Assembly (NCBI GenBank): GCA_040954595.2
Contig: CM082576.2
Coordinates: forward strand, 16,353,028-16,417,027
Direction of reading: 5' to 3'
Length of the DNA: 64,000 nucleotides
Source: Balanoglossus misakiensis
Taxonomy: Eukaryota > Animalia > Hemichordata
Position 1 is the first letter of the stretch, and the number at the start of each line of letters is the position of its first letter. Below are positions 1-14,411 of this stretch, piece after piece. The notes beneath the pieces were generated by a model. That model did not search any database. It worked only from the letters and a program-made list of their open reading frames with translations, and was not told the origin of the DNA. The position numbers were made by a program, and so were the translations under genes.

Positions 1-3000
1 ATATAACAAGTTTGATGAAAGGTTTCGTGGCCAGAGTTCCTGCTGCAGCACTTCATATTGTAAGTGTTAACACAATCTGATATTGGTTTGGATGGATGGA
101 TCTATGTATGTATCTATGAGTTTGATTTAATGTCATATTGTAAGGAATTATACGGGATTAGACGCCAAGTAATCTGACGTCGGTTACTGAATAGCATGTT
201 ATGAAACATATTTCTGCCTTAATTGTGACCAGTAAAGTGTTATTATTATCAATATTCTCTCTTCTCATAGCTGCGCTGGATGGACGAGGTAGAATTTGTT
301 GAAGAAGACGAAGTTGTCCATAAAAATGCAGATGACACACCCTGGGGTTTGGACAGGATTGACCAAACTGACCTACCCTTGGATGGCGTGTATCGTTCAA
401 TCGTTGGTAAGTTAACATATTTTTTTTTTCAAAACTATTTACATAGTTTTTGAAAGGTCACGATAGGCTTTTGAATGGGTCAGTTTTATACCGATCGCAA
501 GGACACGGTAGAGAATTCTATATTATTGCAACTACTTTAGACAGTTGTCGAAGAATAAAATACCCACCTTTTAATGTTAATCGACCCGCACAATTTGTGG
601 CTGTTGAATTTCCTCTCTATATTTACTGCTAACTTCCTGAATTGATTGTCTTGTATTTAGGCGATGGCAGTGGCGTCAACGTCTTCGTATTGGACACTGG
701 CATCCATTTCACACACGATGAGTTTGGTGGAAGAGCACGTACATTTTACGATGCATTCTCAGATGGCAAAAATGTAAGTAACCTAATGATAATTTGCCGA
801 GCTTCGTACTGAAAAATAACATGCAACTTTTAACGAAAATATTCATTTCTGTCAGTCGATTGCAGTCCTTTCACAATGTTCATGATATTTTTGTCTACAC
901 ACACTATTATTTATTTCTATACCCAAAACTCGCAATCAAATAAATTACTTCTGTTACTTGGATTGGAGATTATAGTCAGATCCGACGCGACCATAAAGCC
1001 TAACTTCACCGCCATGCGTTTGTGTATGGACAAATCGGCACGTATCATGCGACATATTCCAGAAAGGAAAAAAATAAGAATGTCACTTTCTTTTCTTACT
1101 GTAATCTTACACAGAAAAGCGGTCTTCGATATAAATTTTGCACTTCGCATTCAAGTTGATATCATAAAGTCTTGCATTATCATTTTCCCCATGCATGATC
1201 ATTAACATTTCACAGGGAGCTGACTGTGAGGGACATGGCACTCACTGCGCTGGAACCATTGGTGGAAGAACTGTTGGTGTTGCACCTGGTGTAACTTTAT
1301 ACTCGTGTCGTGTTCTGGATTGTAGGGGTGATGGGTCATTCAGTGGCATTGTGGCAGGTAAGCTCGGTTGGTGACGGCATCTTATTAAAAGCCCCGGGAA
1401 CAGCTTGTTAAAGTCCCAGCTCCGACCATCTGCAGCGTTCCCGCGCTGTTTTTTCGTGTTGTATACACATTTTCATTTCGCATTCGACAGACTGTGTATT
1501 AAAACTGAAATTACTGCTTATTTTCGGTTGGTCCTAACTTTAATCTTACTTGTATATTCACACAGCTATGGATGCAGTGGCTGGCGCCAACATGAAACCA
1601 GCGGTGGTTTCCATGTCTTTGAGTGGTGGCTTTTCCTCAACTTTGAACTATGCGGTCCAGCGCTTATCTGGTGCCGGCTACATCATCGTTGTTGCCGCTG
1701 GAAACAATGCCCGGGATGCGTGTAATTTTTCTCCCGCGTCTGCTCCTGAGGTATGCAGGATTCTATTTTTGCACGACAGTGTTTGGTCAACATTTTTTCT
1801 ACGATCTGTTAAGAGGGAAATGGGGCTACAATGATCAAGGCAGTATGCCCCTAGGGAAATATTTAGAGAAGAAACTAGACAGAATAATTACCGAGCAAAA
1901 CAGGGGAAACGTTTCAAACGTTGATTTTGGAGGCGCATGCTACTTTAAATGGTTTCTTACAAAGAAACTCTGGTGTTGTAGAAACTTATTTGATATTACA
2001 ATATCTTTCGCTGTAATTGCAGGCAATTACGGTGGGAGCTACCACGTCAAGTGATGACCTAGCCTATTACTCCAATTACGGCAGCTGCGTCGACATCCTG
2101 GCCCCTGGATCTGGCGTCTACAGTGCGTACAACACTGGAGACTCCGACTACTACACAGAGAGCGGAACCTCCATGGCAGCGCCCCACGTCGCTGGTAAGA
2201 TTGCCCTCGGTCACTCTTGGATGTAGTTGGACTGGTATAACGCATGCGTGTATGGGTGATTTCGATTGGTCTGTGACATGTATCCCAAGGTGCTTCATTC
2301 TGGACATGACAGGACGCCTGAGGATCACACATGCCTGGCAAAACAGTGATTTTAATATATCTTCTTGGGAATGTTTTCTGCCGCTGTTGTTGGTCAAGCT
2401 AATATTTCTGACATATACATGTACTGACAGCTCTATTTGCATACCGCTGTATGCAAACGACGCTTTTAATGAACCCACACTAAATGTAACATATTGCTTC
2501 CTATTTTCTAAGGTGTTTCGGCTTTGATACTAGAAGAGAACTCGTCTATAAACCAGGATCAGATGAAAAATGAGTTGTTGAATGCTGCTCAGTCAAACAA
2601 AATCGACCTGTCCCGAGTACCTGACAGCTATCGTTGGTCAACACCGAACAAACTTCTGTACATCTCCCCAACGTGGGCTCCACCTCCTCCTACCCTTCCC
2701 CCTCTTGGTAAGTTTGCATGAATGTGTCTGAGGCAAATGATATACCAATTGTCTGACGAAGGTAACTTGCATTGGAAACACAGGGTAAAATACCGACTTT
2801 GACGGTGACAAAATACTGCGCCAACTTTTCGCTGCTCTGACAGTTGGAAGGGTTCCCAGTCGAACAAGAATTTCACAGTGTTAATCAGCACACTTGTGTA
2901 GATAATGCATGATTAAAAGCCCCGGATGTTAGCTGATGAATATGGGCATATCTGCTTTTCAGTCTGCTCTGAAAGGGCAATATGGGTACGTCAACTGAGG

Positions 3001-4930
3001 CTGTAATGCTTAGAATATCGTGTAATAGTTAGAAATATAACGGTGCCGATATCAGCAAAGTTGTAATACTCTGTCTGTCTCTCTCTCCGTCTTCCTCTCT
3101 CCCACCCCCTCTCTCGTTTAGACCTATGCGAAGACACATGCCACTACCACGGTGATGGCGGATGTGACGATGGTGGACCTGGTTCAATATACAGTTTGTA
3201 CGATGCGTGCGATTATGGAAAAGACTGTTCTGATTGTGGGGCTCGAAAAGTGCCAATTACAGGTGAGTTTGTGCAAGATCGGAAGATAGTCTTGACGTTA
3301 ACATTATTTTTTAGTTGTTTAGGCATGTCTGGCGCTTCCGTGGCGTTTCTTCGGCGCTCCATGTCCCGCCTTTGGTGCTTTGCTGTGACATTGCATGCGC
3401 TGGCCTGTGCCTGCGTCGCTAATTCAGACAAAGAAGTCTTGGGCGACTGCTGATAGAACCATGGAGAACTGTCGACAACAAACACATTCGGCACAAATTA
3501 CATGTGCATCTTGCAAGAAATATGATAACGATGTTTTCCGATATACTAGTACTCATTTCTCTTCTCATCTTTATGCATCAGAACTATGCGAAGACACATG
3601 CCAATACCAAAGGGATGGCGAATGTGACGATGGTGGACCTGGTGCAAAATACGAGGCGTGCGATTATGGAAAAGACTGTTCTGATTGTGGGGCCCGAATA
3701 CCGCCAATTACAGGTGAGTTTGTGCAAGATCGGAAGATCGTCTTGACGTGAAAATTATTTACTACAGTAGGATCGAGGAAAGCAGAAACGTTCAAACAGT
3801 TCAAGTCAGACCTGAGAACTTACCTCTTTGGTAAATTCTAGGCGCCCGTATCCATTTCATGCAGCAAGTACATGAACATGGTTTGGGACTTTTTTACGCT
3901 GAACAGTTAGCACTTAGTTGTATGGACACTGTTTTGTACCTTTTCATCTGAAGTTACATGTATTTTTCTTCTTTTTGGTTACCGTCGACACCCGCTTTGT
4001 GTCAGTCTAGCCATTGTTTCGCGAACTGTATAACTGTGCCTAGTTGATTCGGCATGTCTGGCGCTTCCACGGCGTTTCTTCGGCGCTCCTTGTCCCGCCA
4101 TTGGTGCTTTGCTGTGACATTGACTGCGCTGGCCTGTGCCTGCGTCGCTAATTCACACAAAGAAGTCTTGGGCGACTGCTGATAAGAATCACGGAGAACT
4201 TTCAGTCACAAACAAATTCGGCACAAATTACATGTGCATCTTGCAAGACATATGATACCGATGTTCTCCGATATATACTAGTACTCATTTCTCTTCTGAT
4301 CTTTCTGCAGACGGATTGTGTGAGAACACATGCGGCTACCGAAGAGATGGCGAATGTGACGACGGTGGACCGGGTTCTCTGTACGGTTATTGCGACTTTG
4401 GAACGGACTGTGCTGATTGTGGGGGCCGAAAAGCGCCAATTACTGGTGAGTTCATGCAAGATTGGAAGATCGTCTTGACGTGAAAATTATTCACTACATT
4501 GGCAGTTAATCAGTAAATACTTGGTACCCTATAGTTAGAATCTTTTGACAACTATCATTGTCATCTACATACAAGATTATGCAAAGTGGAAGAAATGCTT
4601 GAACATTAAAATTTGTCGATAATGACTCATTCGGTTTTGTTTTAGTTGGTTTGGGTGATTGGTTGGTTTGTTGGTTGGTTAGTCAGTACTATGAGTTTGA
4701 AAGAATTCACCCCAGATGTAAAATAATTTGGTACTAGTACTCATTTCTCTTCTGATCTTTCTGCAGACAACGGATTGTGTAAGAACACATGCCGATACAA
4801 AGGAGATGGCAAATGTGACGATGGTGGACCAGGTTCAGAATACGATGACTGCAATTATGGAACCGACTGTTATGATTGTGGAGTCAGGCGTACGCTTAGG
4901 AAGAAACATCTCAATCATCCAACCACTTAA
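1..4930 (+). CDS. Subtilisin-like serine protease (S8A, proteinase K/aqualysin-like), 5' part outside window; I9 propeptide, catalytic domain, Pro linker and four Cys-rich repeats
   Basis: Approximate GT-AG exons: <1-59, 271-406, 661-773 (VLDTG, catalytic Asp), 1216-1357 (GHGTHCAG, His), 1566-1750 (VVAAGN), 2023-2194 ([12 protein letters not shown], Ser), 2512-2707 (TPNKLLY-PPPP), 3122-3262, 3582-3713, 4311-4445, 4767-4930 (TAA). Confidence 0.9.
3122..4930 (+). repeat. Four tandemly duplicated phase-1 exons encoding a ~45-aa six-Cys module (CxxTCxYxxDGxCDDGGPGxxYxxCxxGxDCxDCGxR)
   Basis: The exon translations align with each other. Flanking intron sequence is also duplicated (about 3322-3575 vs 4051-4305). 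Confidence 0.85.
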
Positions 4931-6585
4931 ATTTATTTTGTTGTTGGAGTTAAATCAACACAGTGTTCTTTTTCTTCTTCGCATGTTAATTTTCGCGGTG
5001 TATTTTCGACTGTCAATTGATATGATTTCAGAAATAAATAAGTTATATAGTATTCTCCAGTATTCTTCAATGGCACAATCCACACTGAAATGTTCAATGG
5101 AAACGCAATATTCAAGTATTCATTTTAAAATATCAGTACATTTGCTATGTGCAAATTCCGAAACAAATGTAAAACGAAAAATTTGTATTAGTATAAAAAT
5201 CAACGAAATACTAGAAAATCAACAAATTACCTAAGGCCGCTGTTCCGATTACCCGACCTACCGTAATTTTAGCCGCCGACCCAAAACTTTTTAGAGCTTC
5301 GTAAACCGGAAGTAAAAATAACGATGTCAAATATACAACATTTATAGCACTAAAAATATAAATAGACCAGTTGTTGCTATCCATAAAGACATGTTTATTA
5401 ATTCAGATAACCATCACAGAAAGACAACAATATTCTGAATATAATCACGCCGGATCTTAAGATGGTAAACACCGGTCCAGGGTTACACTCGAGTGGAACA
5501 CGCATGGATAATTTCAAATGCATTTAAAGAGAACTGTAGGCATGCAATCGTAAATAGTACTAAGATAGGCTATGATTGTTTCCAAATTAGTTAAGACGCT
5601 GCGTTTTGTCTGAATCTTATAAAGCCACGTTGATTCTTATCAAAGACAACATGAGAACTCCCGTATATCATACATTTCCAAGCTGAATATCTGAACATAT
5701 CTTAATCGTGGAATCCCAAACCGGATATAGACTCTTTTAAGCTATATTTTTACTTCTGCATTGTTCTCACAGATTTTGAAGCTTCAACTATTTATTTATT
5801 TTTTATCTGCGGGAGGTTAAATAATTTCTATAATACATTTCATAACTAAGGAACATTGGGATGTCGAATATGTTTACTGGAGAGGCTTTAAAATGTATTC
5901 GCATGATATTATTGTTCGCACGAGACCAACACTTGTGTGGGATTTGTCTTACAACCACCGGTGCTTGTTACAACGCCACGTTAAATGATATTATCCAAAA
6001 GAAATTACATCAACCTAATTTGAAAATAATCAATTGAATACATTACTTTCTCAAATGATTAACCATCACCTGACTTTGTTTCATATTATCTAATTGACAA
6101 AAAATACGTCGCATGCTACCACTGAAAGAAGTTATATAATTCGTTTTAGTCTTGACCATTTCCTGTCCAGTGACGCCATGACGCACCTGAAGATGAAATA
6201 CATAATCGCAAAGTAAGAACGGATTTGTGTGCTTTGAAATGTGCATGGAATAAACTTATAGTATGAAAGAAATTCTAATAGTGAAGGAACCTTACAACAA
6301 ATGTTGGAGGCCCTGCAATTTCAATGATAATGTTAAAATCTGTGATTATGAATCTTGCTATTAATTTCTGCTTCCCACGTCACATACAGTAAAGCAATGC
6401 TTGGAAAATATTTACTTTGATGTACTGTTTGAGACACAATTTCTAATGTTCGATAGTTTGCAAATATATCTAGTTAATATGCATGTTTCTAAAACAAGGA
6501 AATAAAATTAAAAGTACAAAAATATAAGACCGTCCCTCTATTATTCCCTACTATCAAATGTCATTGTTTAAATGAAATAATCACC

Positions 6586-9500
6586 TTATTTGATGTATGC
6601 CACTGACGTCACACACTGATTGTTGGCAATCTCGCCTACCCAGCTGGATTGGTACTGTGACCGTTGCCAGAGTCCGCAAGATCCTCCAATACCAATGAGC
6701 CTACCATCGCCATTAACGGATATGTCACTGACAACGCCGTTATCGTCTACTTTGGACCAGCTTCCTTCTACGCCGCCACGTATCCATATTTTCCCGGACA
6801 TGCCCACACCGAGCAGTTGGCCACTTGGAAGGGGTGATATAGACTGGACGCAGCAACTGGAACCCACGGGACCACTCCATGTCCCCTCGACGCCAGGACG
6901 CGTGTACAGCTCATTACCCATACCAATACCAACGATCGTACCATCTGGCAGAGCAGTGATGTCTATCACGCAGCAGCTGTTGGCTACAGGTCCTACCCAT
7001 GCAGCGGCTTCACTGGTTTTAGTATTAAGCTGGTTTCCAGTACCAACACCAACGACAGTCTTGTCCGCTAAAGTAGTAAGGGCGATAATACAACAGGAGT
7101 TGGGGAGAGGTCCTGTCCAGACGCCGTTGATGTTGTCACGTTTATACATCTGTTGGTCTGTTCCGACCCCATAGATTGGTGCTGTAAATCATAAAAACCC
7201 TAATTAATATCAAAGTAACTCTGAATGTGTTAATACCGATGTGTTGGCTAAACTAATGATCTTTCATCCTTGAGATTAAGTTAAGAATCAACTCGGAGGG
7301 AATTAAGAATATATACGCTCTGCTAACCCAGAGTTCCTATCTGCATCATGCAGGGTTAGATTTTGTAAAAAGCTTAGTTGTTGAAATTTAATTCTGGATT
7401 AAAACCGTACTGTCACTTTGCTTAACTTTAGGAAAATATCTTGGAACGCATTTGCCCAAAGAAGAACATTTGAAGGAAAATGATAAAGTTTTGCAAATAT
7501 CTAAGTCAAGAGATATAACAACTGAGTACCTGAAAACGGTAAACAAACAATTAACGGCCTTATATTCGAAACACAGACGCAGTGACGACCGTATTTTTAT
7601 TAAACATTTTCATAACACTTAGGAAGGAAACTTGGAAAAAGTTGCAATCAAGCAAATTGGCAATACGTACACCATTAACGTTATTTTGCCCACTTATTCT
7701 AGGATACCGTAGTATGCGGTGCAGTCCTTCCATCTTTACTGGTTGAATGGTATACTCACCAGATTTCATGAACGCCACTGACGTCACACATCGACTGTTG
7801 GCTATCTCGCCTACCCAGCTGGATTGGTACTGTGGCCGTTGCCAGAGTCCGCAAGATCCTCCAATACCAATGAGCCTACCGTCCCTGTTAACGGATATGT
7901 CACTGACAACGCCGTTATCGTCTACTTTGGACCAGCTTCCTTGTACGCCGTCACGTATCCATATTTTCCCGTTCATGCCCACACCGAGCAGTCGGCCACT
8001 TGGAAGGGGTGATATAGACCGGACGCAGCAACTGGAATCTGCGGGACCACTCCATGACCCCTGGACACCAGGACGCGTCCACAACCTATTTTCCATACCA
8101 ATACCAACGATTGTACCATCTGGCAGAGCAGTGATGTCTATCACGCAGCAGCTGTTGGCTACAGGTCCTACCCATGCAGCGGCTTCACTGGTTTTAGTAT
8201 TAAGCTGGTTTCCAGTACCAACACCAACTATTGTACCATCGGCAAGGACAGTGAGGGCGATAATGCAACAAGAGTTCGGGAGAGGCCCGGTCCACGTCCC
8301 TTCAATATCCCCACGTTTATATATCTGTTGGTCTGTTCCAACACCGTAAATTGCCGCTGAAAAATACAATTTTATGAATAATCACTGCGAGTCTAAATAT
8401 ATATCTTTCGATAAGTGAGCGACACCGATCTCTCTTTCCCATTGCTATGATTCCCTTTAAAGTTAATCACATTGGTTGTTTCTCTGAGAAAATAATCGTA
8501 CTGGGTTTATTTTAGGCAACTCCAGTACTTATATTATGATCTCAGCGATGATGAAGTCTGTCTTCCGGTAAACTGGATGAATGAACCGCGCGATAAAGTT
8601 TCGTTAACCCTTAATACTCGATCATCAATTTACTCTTGTTCAGATATTCTCTGGTGAAGACATCTAGGTTTAGGTCCTCGTGTGAAGGTTGGTTATTACT
8701 ATCTGGGCACATATGCAATGACTGCATTGCGGGTAAAACAGCCGAAAAGTTAAATGTGTCTAGATTTTCCATATTTTCGTCTCACTTCTTATGTTTTTTT
8801 TACTGGTACAATATTTCACCATTTCACAAACATTAATTCTACTGATGATTTTCCGCGAGCTCAACATGGCAAAATCCGCCACCCGGAAAACTGAAAGTTG
8901 TCAGAATAGAGCGTTCAATTGTCATGAAGCACGGGTGTGGAAATGGAATAATAAAATGCTTATCAACTCACCACTCACACTGCCTCCTCCTCCGCCTCCA
9001 CCTCCGGGAATATGGAGAAGCTCGTTTGGTGTTGAACCACGGCGACTGGAAGGCACAGAAGACAGGTCAATTTTTCCAGACTGGGCAGCATTCAACAAAG
9101 CGGTTAACATCGAGCTTTGTGTGAGTGTGGAGTCTCCTGCTAGAAACAGAGCTGCAACACCTGGTGGAAGTATAAAGAAAAACAATAACGCGAAGAAATT
9201 ATTGTTTCGCACAACAGGAAAATGTAAACATCACTTGACAACAGTACAGTACAGTTGCTGTGACCAAATATCTCTACATTTAGCCATAGCACGTAGAAAT
9301 AATTTCAGAAAAACTTGAAATATCGTTTGGCAAACTGTCCCTATTTTAAGTTACGAGGCAGTTAGCAATGATTTCGGAAGAAGTTATCAAATTTAACTAA
9401 TCCTGGCGCAATGCTGTCATTCGTGTTTGATGTAATCGGGTTTACCAAGAGCCTGCTTGCAGAATTATCAAACCACTCTTACCAGCCACATGAGGAGTTG

Positions 9501-12500
9501 CCATCGAGGTTCCACTCATAGTGGTGTAGCCGGCATCCCCATTAATGTAAGCGCTATAAACGCCACTTCCGGGTGCCAGAATGTTGACGCAGCTTCCCGA
9601 ATTTGAGTAGTGAGCGAAGTCATCATCGGATTCGGTAGCTCCCACTGTGATTGCGTGCAACACACATAAATAGTAGCAAACAATACGTCAGTCTCCTGAG
9701 CCGGTGCAAAGGGATAACACGTCTCGGCAACACATTGTCTATGGGACCAAGCGTCAGGGTCCATTCTGAAACTTTGTGTTCACACAAAGCGACTCACATG
9801 ATTAATCCCCTGTGTTTACAAATGACAAATAATGTCTCTGAAACGTTTCTGGTTCATCCAGTGTGAATCTACTATAAATTTTATACCTCGGGAGCCGATG
9901 CAGGTGAATAGGAACAGGCGTCTGAACCGTCGTTTCCAGCGGCAACGACGACGATGTACCCAGCATCGGTTAATCGTTTGACAGCCAGATTCATAGACGA
10001 GGAAGCTCCACCGCCAAGCGACATGGAGACCACTGCTGGTTTCATATTCGAAGCGGCGACCGCATCCATGCCTGTAAGGAAAATTGGTGACAACCTGTGT
10101 GTTGGGGGCGGCTACTAAGCATTTTGAATGAATTCCATATATCCTTCACATTGCATTTGTCATTCTCTTTGTATAGAATCGACAACTACAGACTTTCTTA
10201 TAGACTTAGCTATCCAACTCATCGTATGACGCTGTAGTGTTGCGACAGGCCAATCTTACCTCCAATAACGCCGCTGTTTGACCCACTGCCTTGGCAATTC
10301 AAAACACGACCAGCATAGAATGTAACACCAGGAGCAACGCCAACAGTACTCCCGCCGACAGTGCCAGCGCAGTGAGTACCATGTCCTTGGCAGTCATTCC
10401 CCTGCAAAGTGCAAATGTCATTGAGTTATGTTGCAATTCTCCCTACCTAAAATCAAGTGATATGTTGGCATTAGTGTCAGCTTTATATTAAGGTGCGAAG
10501 CAGACGAAGCTTGTTCAGTAGACAGAATATCTTGCGACATTATTTTTCGGTATGATAACGCTATTTGCAGTCGATGGATACAATTGATAGTGTCAGTCTT
10601 AAACAATACTTTCTTGAGGTACAACTCACGTTCTGTCCATCTGAGAAGGCGTCGTAAAATTGATGTGCTCTTCCGCCAAACTCGTTGTGAGTGAAACGTA
10701 TGCCAGTATCCAAAACAAAGACATTCACTCCGCTGCCGTCCCCTGCAAACGGCAGAAGGCGGGAAAACGAAATGTGAAGTATTTTTATGCTTCGCTATGT
10801 TTAAGGCAGTGTGCGTCGGGATAGATTCTGGAATAATTATAGTGCTCCAATCTTCTTGAATTTATTTCTATGTTAAAGGCACATAAGCTGCAACTTTTGG
10901 GATAATTGTCATAATTTTTGTTTCAAAGTCTACTACCATTAGTCCATGCATATGAAGGCAGTGAACTATACACAAGAATTATAAACCCTAAATATGAGTG
11001 CATATGCAAGTTTTAACCAGATAAATAATAAAGCTTTGCCGCAAGCGATTATGGCCGCCACCGTGGGAAAATGCCAGAAACAATGAAAATGTTGCATTTC
11101 CGGTTATGAAACTTCATAAACAAAACATGATCTCATCCACTTGAGCTCATGGAAGTAAATGTACACTGCTGAAACATTATATTTTCCTTTTTCATTGCAA
11201 TATTACACTTTTCTAAAAATTGCAGGAATTTTCGTTTTTCTTTAACTTTTGGCCATTTTGTCATAAATAAGTGTTGAGCTTGATATATTATCATGAAATA
11301 TCATTTAATAGATCTAATTAAAAGCATATATGAGATTATTTAAAACTTTAATTTTTTTATCCAGTTGCAGCTCATGTGCCTTTAAAGTGTGTTAGGAATC
11401 GTTTTAGAAAACAAAGAAAAACCGTCTCGTCTCTAGTTTTCCCAATAGACTCAACACAGAGATTGGCGGCCATTTCGAATTTCATCTTTGGGACAATTTG
11501 AGACAATTTTTCTCTGATGTTGAGTAATTTTGTACAGTAACCCCTAATATTTAGGCCATTATTCTGAGCAAATATTAGAAACACGTTTCGGTGCTTGGAT
11601 TTCAAGGCGCATGGAAGTAGTTATACAACCATATTTATTTATGAGGAGAATAAGTGAATATCCTCTAACCAATTTGATTACTTGGTTAATACACGGCCCC
11701 AAAACGAGTGAACAATCAGGCTCAGATCCATTTGATTGTAACATTATATAAATGGTTATCCTCTACTAAATATTGATAACCATATTTTCAGTAGATCATG
11801 CAAATCAACTTGGCCAGAGCTATAAAGACGACTGTAAAGTTAATTCCCAGACTTACCCATTGACGATTGATAAATGTTGTCCAAAGGAAGGTCGGCTTGA
11901 TCGATCCTGTCCAGACCCCACGCCACTGTTCCATGAACAACTTCGTCTTCTTCAACATACTCCACCTCGTCTAACCACCGGAGCTGATAGAATGAACAAG
12001 ACACAATTGGCATTAAGAAAAACAACCATCTAGTCAATTTATCCATATTGTCATTATGCATCATACAAGTGTTTTTGTGAGAAGTTTAGTGTTCAAACAA
12101 ACAAATAAACAAACAAATAAACAACAACAACAAAACGAGCGAGCGAACGAAAGAACAAGCAAACAAAATCAACAAACACTCATGCACACACAAAACAAAG
12201 CATACAAAACACATACATACATACATACATACATACATACATACATACATACATACATACATACATACATACATACATACATACATACATACATACATAC
12301 ATACATACATACATACATACATACATACATACATACATACATACATACATACATACATACATACATACATACATACATACATACATACATACATACATAC
12401 ATACATACATACATACATACATACATACATACATACATACATACATACATACATACATACATACATACATACATACATACATACATACATACATACATAC

Positions 12501-13745
12501 ATACATACATACATACATACATACATACATACATACATACATACATACATACATACATACATACATACATACATACATACATACATACATACATACATAC
12601 ATACATACATACATACATACATACATACATACATACATACATACATACATACATACATACATACATACATACATACATACATACATACATACATACATAC
12701 ATACATACATACATACATACATACATACATACATACATACATACATACATACATACATACATACATACATACATACATACATACATACATACATACATAC
12801 ATACATACATACATACATACATACATACATACATACATACATACATACATACATACATACATACATACATACATACATACATACATACATACATACATAC
12901 ATACATACATACATACATACATACATACATACATACATACATACATACATACATACATACATACATACATACATACATACATACATACATACATACATAC
13001 ATACATACATACATACATACATACATACATACATACATACATACATACATACATACATACATACATACATACATACATACATACATACATACATACATAC
13101 ATACATACATACATACATACATACATACATACATACATACATACATACATACATACATACATACATACATACATACATACATACATACATACATACATAC
13201 ATACATACATACATACATACATACATACATACATACATACATACATACATACATACATACATACATACATACATACATACATACATACATACATACATAC
13301 ATACATACATACATACATACATACATACATACATACATACATACATACATACATACATACATACATACATACATACATACATACATACATACATACATAC
13401 ATACATACATACATACATACATACATACATACATACATACATACATACATACATACATACATACATACATACATACATACATACATACATACATACATAC
13501 ATACATACATACATACATACATACATACATACATACATACATACATACATACATACATACATACATACATACATACATACATACATACATACATACATAC
13601 ATACATACATACATACATACATACATACATACATACATACATACATACATACATACATACATACATACATACATACATACATACATACATACATACATAC
13701 ATACATACATACATACATACATACATACATACATACATACATACA

Positions 13746-13776
<31 letters not shown>

Positions 13777-14411
13777 GGAGTGCGTCTCCTGGAACTCTTG
13801 CAACAAAACCTTTCATCAGTCTTGTGACATTTATTTGAAAGTCAATATGCAATCCATGTTCTTCAGAAAGTGCTTGGAATTTTTCTTCAAACTCTGCCAG
13901 TTCCTCGTCTGTTAGGCCGTCCTGAATGAAAAAAGAATAATTATGTACTTGTCCACAAACGTCCTCAAGCAGTATTGCCAGTTTCGGGTAAGTACATTAG
14001 ACCCGTTACATGCCCAACGGGGGCGCAGCGCTTCACTCCCGTAGAGACTTATACTGCTTTTATCCACCGCCATTTTGTCCGACCAAAGCAACGTGATTGC
14101 GCATGCGTGTGTTTGACCGTTCACAACACTGAGCATGCTCCCCGTCTGCTGTATACGCACACGCCATGATGGGCGACGATTGGACTAAACAATCTGCTTA
14201 CCCTCAGTTTCACAATATATTCATCTTCTATTTTCTCATCTCCAGCATGAATCAACGGAGCTTCAATTTCACGTTTAACAAAGCTTGGACGCAGAGCACG
14301 GATTCTTCTCTGTTCTCTTAACGTCTCCTCCGATTTTCGGGATTCTGCGATCTGTATCCCAAGGAAGGCAATCACACATAGCCAAATCACAACTGAGTGC
14401 GATTTGATCAT
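6586..14411 (-). CDS. Secreted S8A subtilase paralogue with Gly linker and two C-terminal tectonin/tachylectin-like beta-propeller exons; possibly a young pseudogene
   Basis: ATG at 14411 ([24 protein letters not shown], signal-like). Approximate exons: 14202-14411, 13771-13921, 11857-11983, 10630-10742 (DTG), 10260-10401 (HGTH), 9887-10071, 9483-9654 (GTSMA), 8972-9161, 7760-8358, 6586-7183. The last two contain repeated GVGxxxxLxxR..W.GP..SCC units. The acceptor at 9655-9656 reads AC rather than AG. Confidence 0.82.
10877..11381. mobile_element. Non-autonomous DNA transposon/MITE with TTAA target site (Kolobok- or piggyBac-type) in a protease intron
   Basis: ttaa|aggcacataagctgcaact ... 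agttgcagctcatgtgcct|ttaa: ~19-bp TIRs with one mismatch, flanked by TTAA. Confidence 0.7.
12211..13774. repeat. Perfect (ACAT)n microsatellite, about 391 units
   Basis: Uninterrupted ACAT run. It abuts and overlaps the exon-2 splice donor of the minus-strand protease. Confidence 0.98.

Noticed and set aside
6620-8349. Plus-strand 184- and 200-aa ORFs
   Set aside because: They are antisense shadows of the propeller exons.
12056-13915. 500-600-aa ORFs of HTYI/MYVC repeats
   Set aside because: They are translations of the stop-free (ACAT)n microsatellite.
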